The notes under the pieces are model-generated. The model was given only the letters and a program-made list of their open reading frames with translations. It made no database searches and was not told where the DNA came from. This document shows positions 36,538-48,494 of a stretch of DNA of 64,000 nt, one piece after another. Source of the DNA: Squalus acanthias (Eukaryota); assembly GCA_030390025.1 (NCBI GenBank), contig CM059432.1, positions 28,460,001 to 28,524,000 of the forward strand. The letters are read 5' to 3'. Position 1 is the first letter of the stretch. Every line of letters begins with the position of its first letter. The translations under genes and the position numbers were made by a program.

Positions 36538-36870
36538 GAGAGCACGGTAACCTAGTGGTCATGGTAGTGTGCTAGCAAACTGGTCACGAGTTCAAATCCA
36601 ACCATGGCAAGTCTCAAAACTGAATTCAATAAATCGAGTCATTTGTGGGCTCGTACCAGAAAATGACCATGGAAGCGGTCGTAAAAACCCAGCCGGTTCA
36701 CTAATGTACTTCAGGGAAGGGGACCTTGCCACCCCTACCAGGTCTGGCCTACATGTGACTCCAGTCCCGCACTACATGTTTGACTCTTAATGCCATGATG
36801 TAAATTAGGGATGAGCAACAAATGCTGCCTTTGCTAGCATCGCCCACAGCTCAAGAACAAATAGAAAAAT
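36538..36870 (+). mobile_element. tRNA-derived SINE sharing its tail with the 48495-49570 LINE family
   Basis: Head taacctagtggtc...gagttcaaatcc (A and B boxes); tail ttagggatgagcaacaaatgctgcctttgctagcatcgcccaca. Confidence 0.75.
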
Positions 36871-37055
36871 GGTCAGGACTTGGCTTTCTCAATTGGCAAG
36901 ATCAGTGAAAGGTTATAGACATTCTGGTTGCTATGTCAATTTTCAGTTGCTGGGGAAACTTTATACATCTTTGCACCGTTTAAAAAAAAAGGTAACATAA
37001 TATGGCAGTATGGCAGAGAAGAGTGATGGGCAGAAATGCACGCTATCTGCATGTA

Positions 37056-37371
37056 CAGGTTGAGCGTCCCAAATCCGGAGTTCCGGAATCCAGGACGATT
37101 GGTGGCAGGGGTCCGGAACCCGTAAAATGTTCCGGAATCCGGACACCCTGAGGGAGGCTTACCAAAAACCGGAAATAGCGCAACCTGGGCCCAGGCATTT
37201 CCGGACTTGGCACGTGTTTCTGATGTCTGAAGTCCGGAAATATCGCAACCTGGGCTCAGGCGTTTCCGGACTTCGGATATCAGAAACACGTTCCGATGTC
37301 CGGAAAAACCCGAAAACCGGCTTGGCCTCGGTCCCGGTCCTGAGGTTGCCGGATTCGGGACACTCAACCTG
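37056..37371. mobile_element. Tc1/mariner (Tigger/pogo-like) MITE
   Basis: TA on both flanks; 23-bp TIR CAGGTTGAGCGTCCCAAATCCGG vs rc CAGGTTGAGTGTCCCGAATCCGG (21/23). Confidence 0.9.
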
Positions 37372-37519
37372 TATTATCATTTATATTAATTATATAGATA
37401 GATATACACAAGCAGATTGCCCATTTCATGATGACAAGAGAATCATACAATGTAATAGGCAATATTTTGTTCTGCTGCCAAGGGGAAGCTGTGTCCCTTC
37501 AAAGGTCAAAGTGGAACTT

Positions 37520-39345
37520 ATAGAATCATAGAAAGTTACAGCACGGAAGGAGGCCATTTCGGCCCATCGTGTCCTCGCCGGCCAACAAAGAGCTATCCAG
37601 CCTAATCCCACTTCCCAGCTCTTGGTCCGTAGCCCTGCAGGTTAGAGCATCCCAAGAGCACATACAAGTACTTTTTAAATGTGGTTATGGTTCCTGCCTC
37701 TACCACCCTTTCAGGCAGCGAGTTCCAGACCCCCACAACCCTCTGGATGAAGAAATTTCCCCTCAAATCCCCTCTAAACCTTCCCCCAATTACTTTAAAT
37801 CTGTGCCCCCTGGTTTTTGACCCCTCTGCTAAGGGAAATAGGTCCTTTCTATCCACTTTATCTATGCCCCTCATAATTTTATATACTTCAATAAGGTCTC
37901 CCCTCAGCCTCCTCTGTTCCAAGGAAAACAGACCCAGCTTATCCAGTCTTTACTCATAGCTAAGATTCTCTACTCCCGGCAACATCCTTGTACATCTCCT
38001 CTGTACTCTCTCTAGTGCAATCACATCTTTCCTGTAATGTGGTGACCAGAACTGCACGCAGTACTCTAGCTGGGGCCTAACTAGTGTTTTATACAGTTGA
38101 AGCATAAACCCCCTGCTCTTGTATTCTATGCCACGGCTAATAAAGGCAAGCATTCCGTATGCCTTCTTAACCACCTTATCTACTTGGCCTGCTATCGTCA
38201 GGGATCTGTGGACATGCACTCCAAGGTCCCTTTGTTCCTCTCCACTTTATCTAGGCCCCTCATAATTTTATACACCTCAATGAGGTCTCCCCTCAGCCTC
38301 CTCTGTTCCAAGGAAAACAGACCCAGTCTTTCCTCATAGCTAAGATTCTCTACTCCCGGCAACATCCTTGTAAATCTCCTCTGTACCCTCTCTAGTGCAA
38401 TCACATCTTTCCTGTAATGTGATGACCAGAACTGCACGCAGTACTCTAGCTGGGGCCTAACTAGTGTTTTATACAGTTGAAGCATAACCCCCCCTGCTCT
38501 TGTATTCTATGCCACGGCAAGCATTCCATATGCCTTCTTAACCACCTAATCTACTTGGCCTGCTACCTTCAGGATCTGTGGACATGCACTCCAAGGTCCC
38601 TTTGTTCCTCTACACTACTCAGTGTCCTACCATTTAATGTGTATTCCCTTTCCTTGTTAGCCCTCCCCAAATGCATTACCTCACACTTCTCCGGATTGAA
38701 TTCCATTTGCCACTGTTTTGCCCACCTGACCAATTTATTGATAACTTCCTGCAGTCTACAGCTTCCTTCTTCAGTATCAACCACACAGCCGATTTTAGTA
38801 TCATCTGCAAACTTCTTAATCATACCCCCTATATTCAAGTCAAGATTGTTGATATATACCACAAAAAGCAAGGGACCTAGTACCCCACTGGAAACAGCCT
38901 TCCAGTCACAAAAACACCCATCAACCATTACCCTCTGCTTCCTGTCTGAGCCAGTTTTGAATCCAACTTGACACTTTGCCCTGGATCCCATGGGCTTTTA
39001 ACTTCATGACCAGTCTGCCATGTGGAACCTTATCAAAAGCCTTGCTAAAGTCCATATACACTACATCAAATGCACTACCCTCATCTACCCTCCTTGTTAC
39101 CTCCTCAAAAAATTCAATCAAGTTTGTCAGACACGACCTTCCCTTAACAAATCTGTGCTGACTATCCTGGATTAATCCGTGTCTTTCTAAATGAAGATTT
39201 ATCCTGTCCTTCAGAATTCTTTCCAATAATTTTCCCACCACCGAGGTTAGGCTGACTGGCCTGTAATTACTCGGTCTATCCTTTTCTCCCTTTTTAAACA
39301 AGGGTACCACATTAGCAGTCCTCCGGCACCACACCTGAAGCCAAA
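37520..39345 (-). mobile_element. CR1 LINE with an internal tandem duplication
   Basis: NYRPVSLTSVVGK, YMDFSKAFDKVPH, FADDTK and [13 protein letters not shown] motifs; tail rc ttctatgattcta. Confidence 0.92.
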
Positions 39346-39449
39346 CTTCGAAGTAAACAGATCCCAGATGATTTAGAGTTCAATGAGGGAACTGTGCAGG
39401 GTGAGGTAGCTTGCAGTTTTTTAGAAAAGAAAGTGATTGCTAAAGACCC

Positions 39450-41545
39450 ATTCTCACAGGTAATGACATCGAAATGGCAGAAATATTGAAGTTACTTTGC
39501 GTCAGTATTTACCAGGGAGACTAACATATAGACTTGGCATTAGAAGAAGAGATCAAATAAGATACAACAACATTTAAGATAGAAAGTGGGAAGATAATTG
39601 ATAAACTAATCAAGCTTAGAGAGGATAAAATACCTGGTCTGGATGGATTTAATCCGCGCATATTAAAAGAAGTTAGGGAGAAGATAGCAGAGGCTCTATT
39701 ACATATATGTAAAAATTCATTAAAAAAGGGAATAGTGCCAGAGGACTGGCAATCAGCTTATGTGATTATTATATTTAAAATGGGAGATATAACAAGTTCA
39801 GGGAACTATAGACCAGTTAGCTTAACGTCAGTGGCAAGCAAGATGATAGAATCTTTACTCAAAGATCTAATAGAAAAACATCTAGAAACAAAAAATATAA
39901 TAAAGAGTAGTCAGCATGGTTTTCAAAAGGGAAGGTAATTCATGACCAATCTTACTGAATTCTTTGAAGAAGTATCAGAAAGAGTCGAAAAGGGTAATAC
40001 AGTAGAAGTAATCTATTTGGATTTTCCAAAGCCTGTTGATAAGGTACCGCATAGTACACTCAACTACAGTCAGAGCATGTGGAGTCAGGGGACAAGTAGC
40101 AAAATGAATAAAAAGCTGGCTACAAAAAAGAAAGCAAAGAGTTACAGGTACTCAGACTGGCAAAAGGTGGGAAGTGGTGTTCTACAGGGATCGGTGCTGG
40201 GACCACTGTTGTTCACCATTTGCATAAACGATTTGGACTCGGAAATCCGAAGTAATTTTATCAAAATTTGAGTCTGTAGTTAATACTGAGAAAGACTGCG
40301 ACAAAATGCAAAAAGACATTAATAAACTTACAGAATGGGCCTGTAATTGGCAAATGAATTTCAATATCGGTAAGTTTGAGGTGGTACATTTTGGTAGGAA
40401 GAATAAAGAGGCCACATACTCCTTGGAAAATAAGAGTCTAAACAGAGTAGAGGAGCAAAGAGATCCAGGGGTACAGAATCACAAATCATTAAAAGTAGCA
40501 ACACAGGTTAATAAGGCCATAAAAAAAATGCACTGGGTTCTTTTCTAGGGGGATAGAATTGAAAAGCAGAGAAGTTATGTTAAACTTGTATAGAACCTTG
40601 GTTAGACCACACTTGAACATAAGAATTAGGAGCAGGAGTAGGCCATATGGCCCCTCAAGCCTGCTCCGCCATTCAATAAGATCATGGCTTAACTCCACTT
40701 TCCCGCTCAACCCCATATCCCGTGATACTTGGGAGTACTAGTACAATTCCGGACTCCATATTATAAAAAGGATATAGAAGCACTGTAGAATGTGCAAAAA
40801 AGATTTACAAGGAAGATATCAGAACTATGAGGTTATACCAATCAGGAAAGACTGAACAGGCTGGGGCTCTGCTCTAGAAAAGAGAAGGCCAAAGGTTGAC
40901 CTAATAGAGGTCTTTAAAATTAGAAAGAAAATGTTTCCACTTTTGGGGGAGACTAAAACTAGAGGTCATAAATCATAAAATCACAGAGAATCATAGAATG
41001 GTTACAGCACAGGAGGCCATTCAGCCAGTCGAGCCCGTGCCGGCTCTCTGCAAGAGCACTTCAGCTAGTCCCACTCCCCCACCCTTTCCCCGTAGCCCTG
41101 CAAATTTTTTTCCTTCAGGTATTTATCCAATTCCCTTTTGAAAGCCACAATTGAGTCTGCCTCCACCACCCTTTCCAATGCATTCCAGATCCTAACCACT
41201 CGCTGTTTAAAAACGTTTTTCCTCATGTCGCCTTTGGTTCTTTTGCCAATCACCTTAAAATAAATACAAGATAGTCACTAATAAATCCGATAGGGAATCC
41301 AGGAGAAACTTCTTTACCCAGAGAGTGGTGAGAATGTGGAACTTGCTACCACAAGGAGTAGTTGAGACAAATAGCAGATTCATTTAAACGGAAGCTAGAT
41401 AAACACATAAGGGAGAAAGGAACAGAAGGTTACGCTGATAGGGTTAGATGAAGTAGTATGGGAGGAGGCTTGTGTGGAGCATAAACAACAGCATGGACCA
41501 TTTGGGCCGAGTGGCCTGTTTCTGTGCTGTACATTCTATGTAATT
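39450..41545 (+). mobile_element. CR1 LINE with two nested antisense CR1 tails (about 40616-40720 and 40990-41260)
   Basis: GNYRPVSLTSV and QGSVLGPLLF motifs; same subfamily as 18257-19862. Confidence 0.9.
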
Positions 41546-41766
41546 GCTGTGGCAGTATGATATTTCATTTGAATATGAGCTAGTCAGCCGCTGAAGTTTG
41601 CTTTGCATGTATTTGTCTATAAGTAACTGCAACAGAAAAATATAACACAGGAAATGTAACAAAGGACAGGAAATGGATGAATATGTACCGTTTTTCACTA
41701 TACAATAGGAAAGGCCTTTCTTTGTCATTTCTTTAATTAGTTGCCTTAATGAATTGCCTTTATTAC

Positions 41767-41861
41767 GAAGTTCTGACGAAAGGTCATCGACCTGAAACGT
41801 TAACTCTCTTTCTCTCTCCACGGATGTTGTCTGGCCTGCTGAGTTTTTCCAGCGTTTTCTG
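41767..41861 (+). mobile_element. 95-nt Penelope-derived insertion with a complete minimal hammerhead ribozyme motif
   Basis: Exact 13-bp TSD ttgcctttattac (41754-41766, 41862-41874); agtt-CTGACGA-a-aggtc(atc)gacct-GAAA-cgt-t-aact. Confidence 0.85.
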
Positions 41862-42823
41862 TTGCCTTTATTACAAATTTGCCACAAATACTGGGCCTCC
41901 CAGAGAAGCACTGATCTTTATTACATAGAACCATAAAAGTTTACAGCACAGAGGGAGGGCCATTCAGCCCATTGAGTGTTTGCCGGTTCTGTGCTCAAGT
42001 AATCCAAAACTAATCCTACATGTCCAAAGCAAGGTAATCAAAGCAAGCCTCTGTTGTAACTTGACTGTCAACATTCCTATACTCCTCAGCACGTTCTAGG
42101 AAGTCCTGCAAGCAAATTTCTTAAACTCAAGTGTAGAAGTGCAACTTCTGTCACTGAACAGTAGCACCCCAATCCCATCTCCCTTTTTAACTGCTCACCT
42201 ACTTAAGGTGATGATGGAAGTTCAAGTTGAGTGATAATGTCACACTTCTTCACCTCCATTTCAGAAATGCTGCACATGTGGCAATTTAGCCAGCCAATAC
42301 ACACTAAGCTAGTTTATTTTCTTTAAACTTACTATCTGTAAGATATGTACTGAGTTGTACACTGCAGTCCATTCCTAACCAAACTTTTCATGGCTCACTA
42401 TAACATAGGAGACTCTCCCCTCAATGTTATGGATAAAGTTAAAACTGTGGATATTTTAGAAAATATGTAGTAAATGTCCACAACAATGCTTGGGCACTGT
42501 TCCAAGTTTGACTGAAATCTGATGGTGATTTCCTCTTTTATCCCTGCCCCCATGATAATAAAGAATTGGAAATTAGACAGACAAAGAGACAGCTCTATCC
42601 TAAATTCCAGAATCAGCAAGGGGAAGTTTAAAAAATGCACTCCAGCCCCTCAAGTGGCTTTGCCATTGAGTAGCTGAGACAAACATACCAGGGAGACATT
42701 GGGTTCAAAAGTCAGTCTGTGCTGCATTAAGCTGATCTCATTGCCCATAGGTTAGTTTGGGGTTGGGGAAGATGGGAGTTGGTGAACTGCACACCCTTCA
42801 CAATCAACTGGTGATGGGCTTAC

Positions 42824-42912
42824 CTGCCCTTTGGCGTCTTCTGGCATTGATTTTATATGCATTCGCTTCAGAGAGCGTATAACTCCATCATAAAACTGTA
42901 CTGTGTAGGTAC
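42824..42912 (-). CDS. PHF20L1: PHF20L1 coding exon 4 ([30 protein letters not shown]), end of Tudor 2
   Basis: 89 nt; acceptor ttcatag|GT (phase 1); donor CAG|GTAAGC. Confidence 0.95.
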
Positions 42913-43289
42913 CTATGAAGAGACAATTAAAGCAATTACAAATCGGTTCATCTTAGGAGAATGCACTGCAAGATAAACAGAAGTCAGGAAGCATTTGTAT
43001 CTACATTGACTCAACCACAAAAAGGTTTAATTTTAAACCTACTATTTGGCTATTTCATTCCTATGGCTCTTGATCACACCTTCAACCCCTATTGCAGACA
43101 GTTCTGGTCAGATTATTAGTGGGTTACAAAAGCCACATACTGCACGGTGAGCTGTGTCTGATAAAATGCAACTTACTCATTATTTTGGTTAATGCAAGCC
43201 TTTACAATAAAGTTTTAACAGTCACTGCAGAAGAGAAGCAGAATGCTTAGCTCTTATTGAATGGAGGAGATAGTAGAGTCAGAGCCATC

Positions 43290-45565
43290 AACAACAACTG
43301 GCATTTATCTAGCACCTTTAACATAGAAAAAGTCTCAAGGTGTTTCACAGAGGTGTAAGGGGAAAAAACTGCTGTGGAGCCAAAGGAGGTGCAATTAGGA
43401 GGAATGACCAAATGATTGGTCAGAGGTGGGTTTTAAAGAAGCGCTTACAGGAGGAGAGGAAATTCCAGAGCATGGGCTCAGATAGCTGAAGGCATGGCCG
43501 CCAATGGTGGGGCGAAGGTAAGGGGGGATGGGAAGAGGAGGTGTTGCTGCAGGTAGTTAAGAGATAGGGAGGCTTTGGAGGGATTTAAACACAAGAATGA
43601 GAATTGAAATTTGAGGCGTTGGTGGACCGGGAGCCAATGTAGGCCAGCAAGGACAGAAGTGATGGACAAGCAGAACCGGATATAGTCAAGAGAGTTTTCG
43701 ATGAGTTGAAGTTTCCAGAGGCTGGAGGATAGAAAGATGGTCTAGAGACCATTGGAATAATCATGTCTGCAGCTAACAAAGGAATGGATGAGAGGTTCAG
43801 CAGCAGATAGGCTGAGATAGGCATGGAGGCAGGTGATGTTAGAGGTGGAAGTAAGCAATCATTGTGACAAGGGAGGATACGAGGTTAGAAGCAGAGCTTG
43901 GCATCAAATAGGGCACTGAGGTTGTGAAGGGTTTCGACCTGAAACGTTAACTCTCTTTCTCTCTCCACGGATGTTGCCTGGCCTGCTGAGTTTTTCCAGC
44001 GTTTTCTGTTGTTATTTGTGAACAGTCTTGTTCAGCTTGAGACCATGACAGGGGAGGGGCCATGGAGTCGACGGCAAGAGTACAATGTCTTTGGCAAGAG
44101 AAGACGACAATGGATTCAGTCTTAATGCCTAGCTGAAGAAAAGTATGGATCATCCATACTAAATATCAGTTGAGCAGTCTAGGAACACAGAGGCAATGGA
44201 GGGGGCTGAGAGAAGTGGTGGAGACAGAGCTGGGTGTTAACAGCACACATGTGGAAGCTGCCCCCATGTATGCAGATAATGTCACCAAGGGACAACATGT
44301 AGATAAAGAGGAGGAGATAGCAAAGAACAGCTCCCTGGGGAACTCCCAAGGCGACGGTCCAGGGGTGGAACAAGAATTCATTGCTAGAGATTCAAACAGA
44401 AATTGCAAGTGATTGACACGAATCTAGGAAGGGCCAACATGTTTAAGGGCTGGAGAGAAAAGATGAATTGGACATTCTGTAGTTTGCAAGGTGGAGGTAA
44501 AGGATTTTTTTTGAAGTGGGTGATGATGTAAATTTCAAAAGAGATTAGGGAATGTGCCAGAGGAGAGGAAACTATTTACAATGTAAGCTAGCATGGGAGC
44601 CAGAAAGGGAAGTTGGGTGGTCAGCAGTTTAGTGGGAATGGGGTCAGGATGTGGGTCTCATGGATGAGATGAGCTGAGTGGGCATGGGGGAGATGGAAGA
44701 AATATTAGAGACACAGAGGTTTCGGCTAGGTTTGGAGGTGGCATGGGGAGGTTTGGCTTGGTGCAGAAAGGAAAGCAGTGGAGATAGTTGAACAGATGCC
44801 ACTAAATTGATCACAAAGAAATCAATGAGCTCCATACACTTGTTGTGGAGGGTGAAGGGGCAGGAGAAAGGGGTAAAAGAAGCAATTGGTTGTGGAAAAA
44901 AGCTGGGGTTATCTTTGTTCTCTAGGATGAATCTAGAGTAATGGGCAGTTTTGGCCCAACAGAGCTTGAGATGGTCCTATTACATCTGGGGATGGATGGC
45001 TGAGCCAGTTATGCTCCGATATGCTCAAGTCTGCACCCCTTCCATTTGAGGAAGTAAAGATGGGGGCCATACTGGGCGGGGGGAACAAACTGATGGGTAA
45101 CAGTGAAGGTTTTGCTGGGGACAAAGCTGGAGATGAGGAAGTGGTTGAGAAAATCAACAGAAATACTGTTGTATTATGGCGAATGGAGAGCCAAAGGCTT
45201 TACAGTTGGGAGTTTGAAAGTGAAGTTGTAAACTACCTGGGGGGCTGATGCAAAAGGAAGTGGGGTTGGAAGGGGGCAGGAGGATGTGAATACAAGCAAG
45301 TGGTCAGAAATGGTCCTGCCAGTGATTAAAATCACATGAGTGGAGAGGCTATGGAGATAAGCAGAAGAGTCCACATGGAGGGAGAGGTTTATGGAAGACA
45401 GGAGGGCATTTAATTCAGAGTAGAGGGCAAGGGGAACTGTGATGAAGATTGAAATCACTGAGTATGAAGAGTCACTCACGACAGACGCTGAGGGAGGATA
45501 CGAGGAAGGTTAAGTTGGAGAGAAGCTCAGGAATAACTCTTTACCAGGACTTTGAAACTTTGATC
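43290..45565 (-). mobile_element. decayed L2 LINE, long fragment
   Basis: rc ITSVLAGLHWLPV and GVPQGAVL motifs; tail rc taaaggtgctagataaatgccagttgttgttg. Confidence 0.85.
43929..44015 (+). mobile_element. short Penelope-derived insertion, 5'-truncated, nested in an L2
   Basis: TSD ttgtgaa (43922-43928, 44016-44022); nearly identical to 41787-41861. Confidence 0.8.
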
Positions 45566-45589
45566 TGGCAGTTTTTAAATAAAAGAAGC

Positions 45590-45985
45590 ACTTGCATTTC
45601 TATTGCGGCTATAACACTGAAACATCTCAAAGTGCTTTAACGAATACAGTGACTTTTTACATAGGAAATGGGCCAGCCAGTTCCAATATGGCTGTTTGTG
45701 AGACATTGCTTGAAGATGAATGATAATTTACTCTGCTTTGTTCATAATATTTAGAGGGCAGAATATTGATCAGGACACCAGCAGAATACACTGCCCGTCT
45801 TTGAATAGTCTTTAATGCCCATCTAACCATCAAACAGACTGAGCTGATGGACTGCACTTCTGACATTGTAGCAATCCCTGAATACTGCACTGAAGCATTA
45901 GTCTAGATCATGGACCTAAGCACTCTATGGGGCTTGAGCTTCAAATGTCCAGCCCAGAGATGAGAGAGCTGTCAACTGAGCCAAG
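45590..45985 (-). mobile_element. decayed Deu-domain SINE
   Basis: Colinear with 26496-26966 but more diverged. Confidence 0.7.
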
Positions 45986-46197
45986 GTAACAATAGAATTG
46001 GAGGAGGAAATAAAATTATGGGAGAGGTTCAGGTCAAAAATGTAAATTGGCACCATGTAAGAAAGGAATGTCATTGAGCTACACTCACATTTGCATCTGG
46101 AGAATGGCCACTTGAACCCATAACTTAGCAAGAGCCAGCACTTTCAGTAGAAATGGGGAGGAAATGAAGAGAAAACCTGAATGTTTCTTGCACTTAC

Positions 46198-46282
46198 CCT
46201 CCTCACTAATGTCTTCAATCTTGGCAGGGTAGTAGCGACAATCCGTCCAGCGGGCCAGAACCTCATCTCCGGTTTTGAAATC
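46198..46282 (-). CDS. PHF20L1: PHF20L1 coding exon 3 ([29 protein letters not shown]), Tudor 2
   Basis: 85 nt; acceptor tactgtacag|GAT; donor [22 protein letters not shown]udor motif. Confidence 0.95.
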
Positions 46283-47516
46283 CTGTACAGTAAAAAAATA
46301 AATTCCCTCAATTTTCAGGAATTGATGAGTTCATTTGGAACTTAATCCCAAAAAATGAAAATTAGTGAGCCTTTCCCATGGATTTTTTTTTAATTAAAAA
46401 GAAATAATTTACCAAGTTATGCTTAAATTTGTCAAGCTTTGCCACATCTCTCCACGCCTTCAAATGCTCCTAACACTTTCTCCCAATTCCTACTCAGAGT
46501 CTGATCATGCCTGTGAAATGCCATGTGATATTTCCTTCAGTATCCATATCTCTCTCTCTCTCTGAATGAGAGAGGAGTGACCCACAAACAGAAACAATGA
46601 GAAGAGTGTGTGTGAGGGAGATAGTACATGAGTGAGAGGGAAAAAAAGTTGTATAGTCACAGACAGAGCAAGAAAGACAGGCAGCGACATGCAGAGACAG
46701 ATAGATATACACACACACAGTGGAGACATGAGATAACTCATGAGCACTCAAGAACACAAAATAAAGAGGCAAGCTTCTCCCAGATCTCCTCTAATGCTGC
46801 ACAATAGTACTCCAGAGTGACTCCCCTTGGGATTTTCTCTCCAAGTCTATCGAGATGTTACTATAAAAACCTTTTCTAAAATTCTGTTTCTTCTGTTCTT
46901 CCTGGATCACCTGTGCCAAAGCTGGTATTTATTGTTCTCATGTTGGCTGATCAGGCATCACAGCCACCTGAAGGTTTCTTCTCCTCGTCTATATTCCCTT
47001 CCCCAATTCCCCCCCCCTCCCCCAACCCCACCCATGTAGTTGACGTTTCATAGAATCACAGCACAGAAGGAGGCCATTCGCTCCATTGAGTATGCTCTTT
47101 CGAAGAGCAGTCCAGTTAGTCCTACTCCCCTGTTATTTGGGAATTCAGCAAAAGCTGGGGGGGGGGGGGGGGGGGAAGAGGAAGAGAGAGGGTGGGGCAT
47201 ATCTTTCACCATTTCAAGATGGTGCTTACACTCCTGCCAATCAGAAAAGGATTCCATTGCAGGTCAGGTAACCGGCACTAGAACAGTTACCTTATTTTTT
47301 CAAACTCATTCTGGATTTCTTTTTTTGACCTTTGCAAGCAGCACTGAGCTGATTAGAGAAAAGTGGGGGAGAAAGAGAAGCAACTATTTCCAAAACAAAT
47401 TCTGGTCTACAATTAACAATCTTCAGCAAGAGTTTTTCCCATTAACGATAGCAAAAAATACTTCTGGAAGAGATCTACTTCTAGCAAAGCCTCCTGGTCT
47501 CAAAATTTTCACTCAC

Positions 47517-47688
47517 TGTAATCTCTTCATCGTCTTTGAGTGCTTCTCTTCGTAGTGACTGTCCCTCCAGAGGTCGTAGGCGATGACTATCCCAGTAAAT
47601 CCATTCATCATACCGATGGCTCCATCTCTCAAAGTGGATCAGCATCTTCCCTTCCTCATAGTCGATCTTTTCAATTCGTGATGTATAC
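47517..47688 (-). CDS. PHF20L1: PHF20L1 coding exon 2 ([57 protein letters not shown]), Tudor 1
   Basis: 172 nt; acceptor ctggag|G completes the TGG codon; donor [26 protein letters not shown] motif of PHF20L1. Confidence 0.95.
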
Positions 47689-47842
47689 CTCCAGGTGATA
47701 CAAAGGGAAAGGGAAGACAAATAATTTTCTAATTATGAAATGAACCAATGTAAAGCTGATTTTTTGATAATCTGCTTCCGATAGAGATTATAGTCTTTAT
47801 AGCGATTATAGGTTAACCATACACCTTCAAATCCTGAGCTCT

Positions 47843-48265
47843 CAGAATAGCCCAATGAGTAAATGCATCGATTGGAATAGCACTATTGACCTACAGACCG
47901 GAAGATCCCAGGTTCGATTCTTTGTCATGTTGAGTTTGCGGAGTTCAATTGGGGCAATAGTATTGACATATTTGGCCTCAGCCCCCAGGCTAGGCAAGAG
48001 GGAATAAAAATAAGACCTCAGTGACCTGTACTGGAAAGGGTGCCTATACAGACACAGAATGGTGGCAAAGCAACACAGAAAGACAAAATTGAACTCAAGT
48101 GCCATGCCCCTCACAGTTAAATAGCCCATGAAAAATTACTGCTGGCCCCACACAGAAATAAAGACCATATTAGAAATGGACCAGAGGGCTGTCAGCAGCC
48201 ATGGAAACCAACCTTGCATGAGTCAGTGCCTTCAGGAGAGATGGGGAAAAAAACCTTTAGGACCT
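47843..48265 (+). mobile_element. old tRNA-derived SINE (LF-SINE-like appearance, unverified)
   Basis: Head atagcccaatgagtaaatgca...cccaggttcgattc (A and B boxes). Confidence 0.5.
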
Positions 48266-48494
48266 GTATTACCATTAATTATTCTTTCATCTGCATCATT
48301 ATATACTCATGTACAAGACAGAAATTTATTTTCCCATTAGGATGAAAAGCAGAGGGGGTATTTTGAAAAACCAGAGACCAGCAGACACGAAGGCGAGAAT
48401 TTTGATGGCTCGAAACTTTGCAATGCTGATTCTTGTCTCAAAAATGAGTGTCATTCATTTTTCTTTGTGGTCCGTTTGGGTGAAGTTGAGAGAT

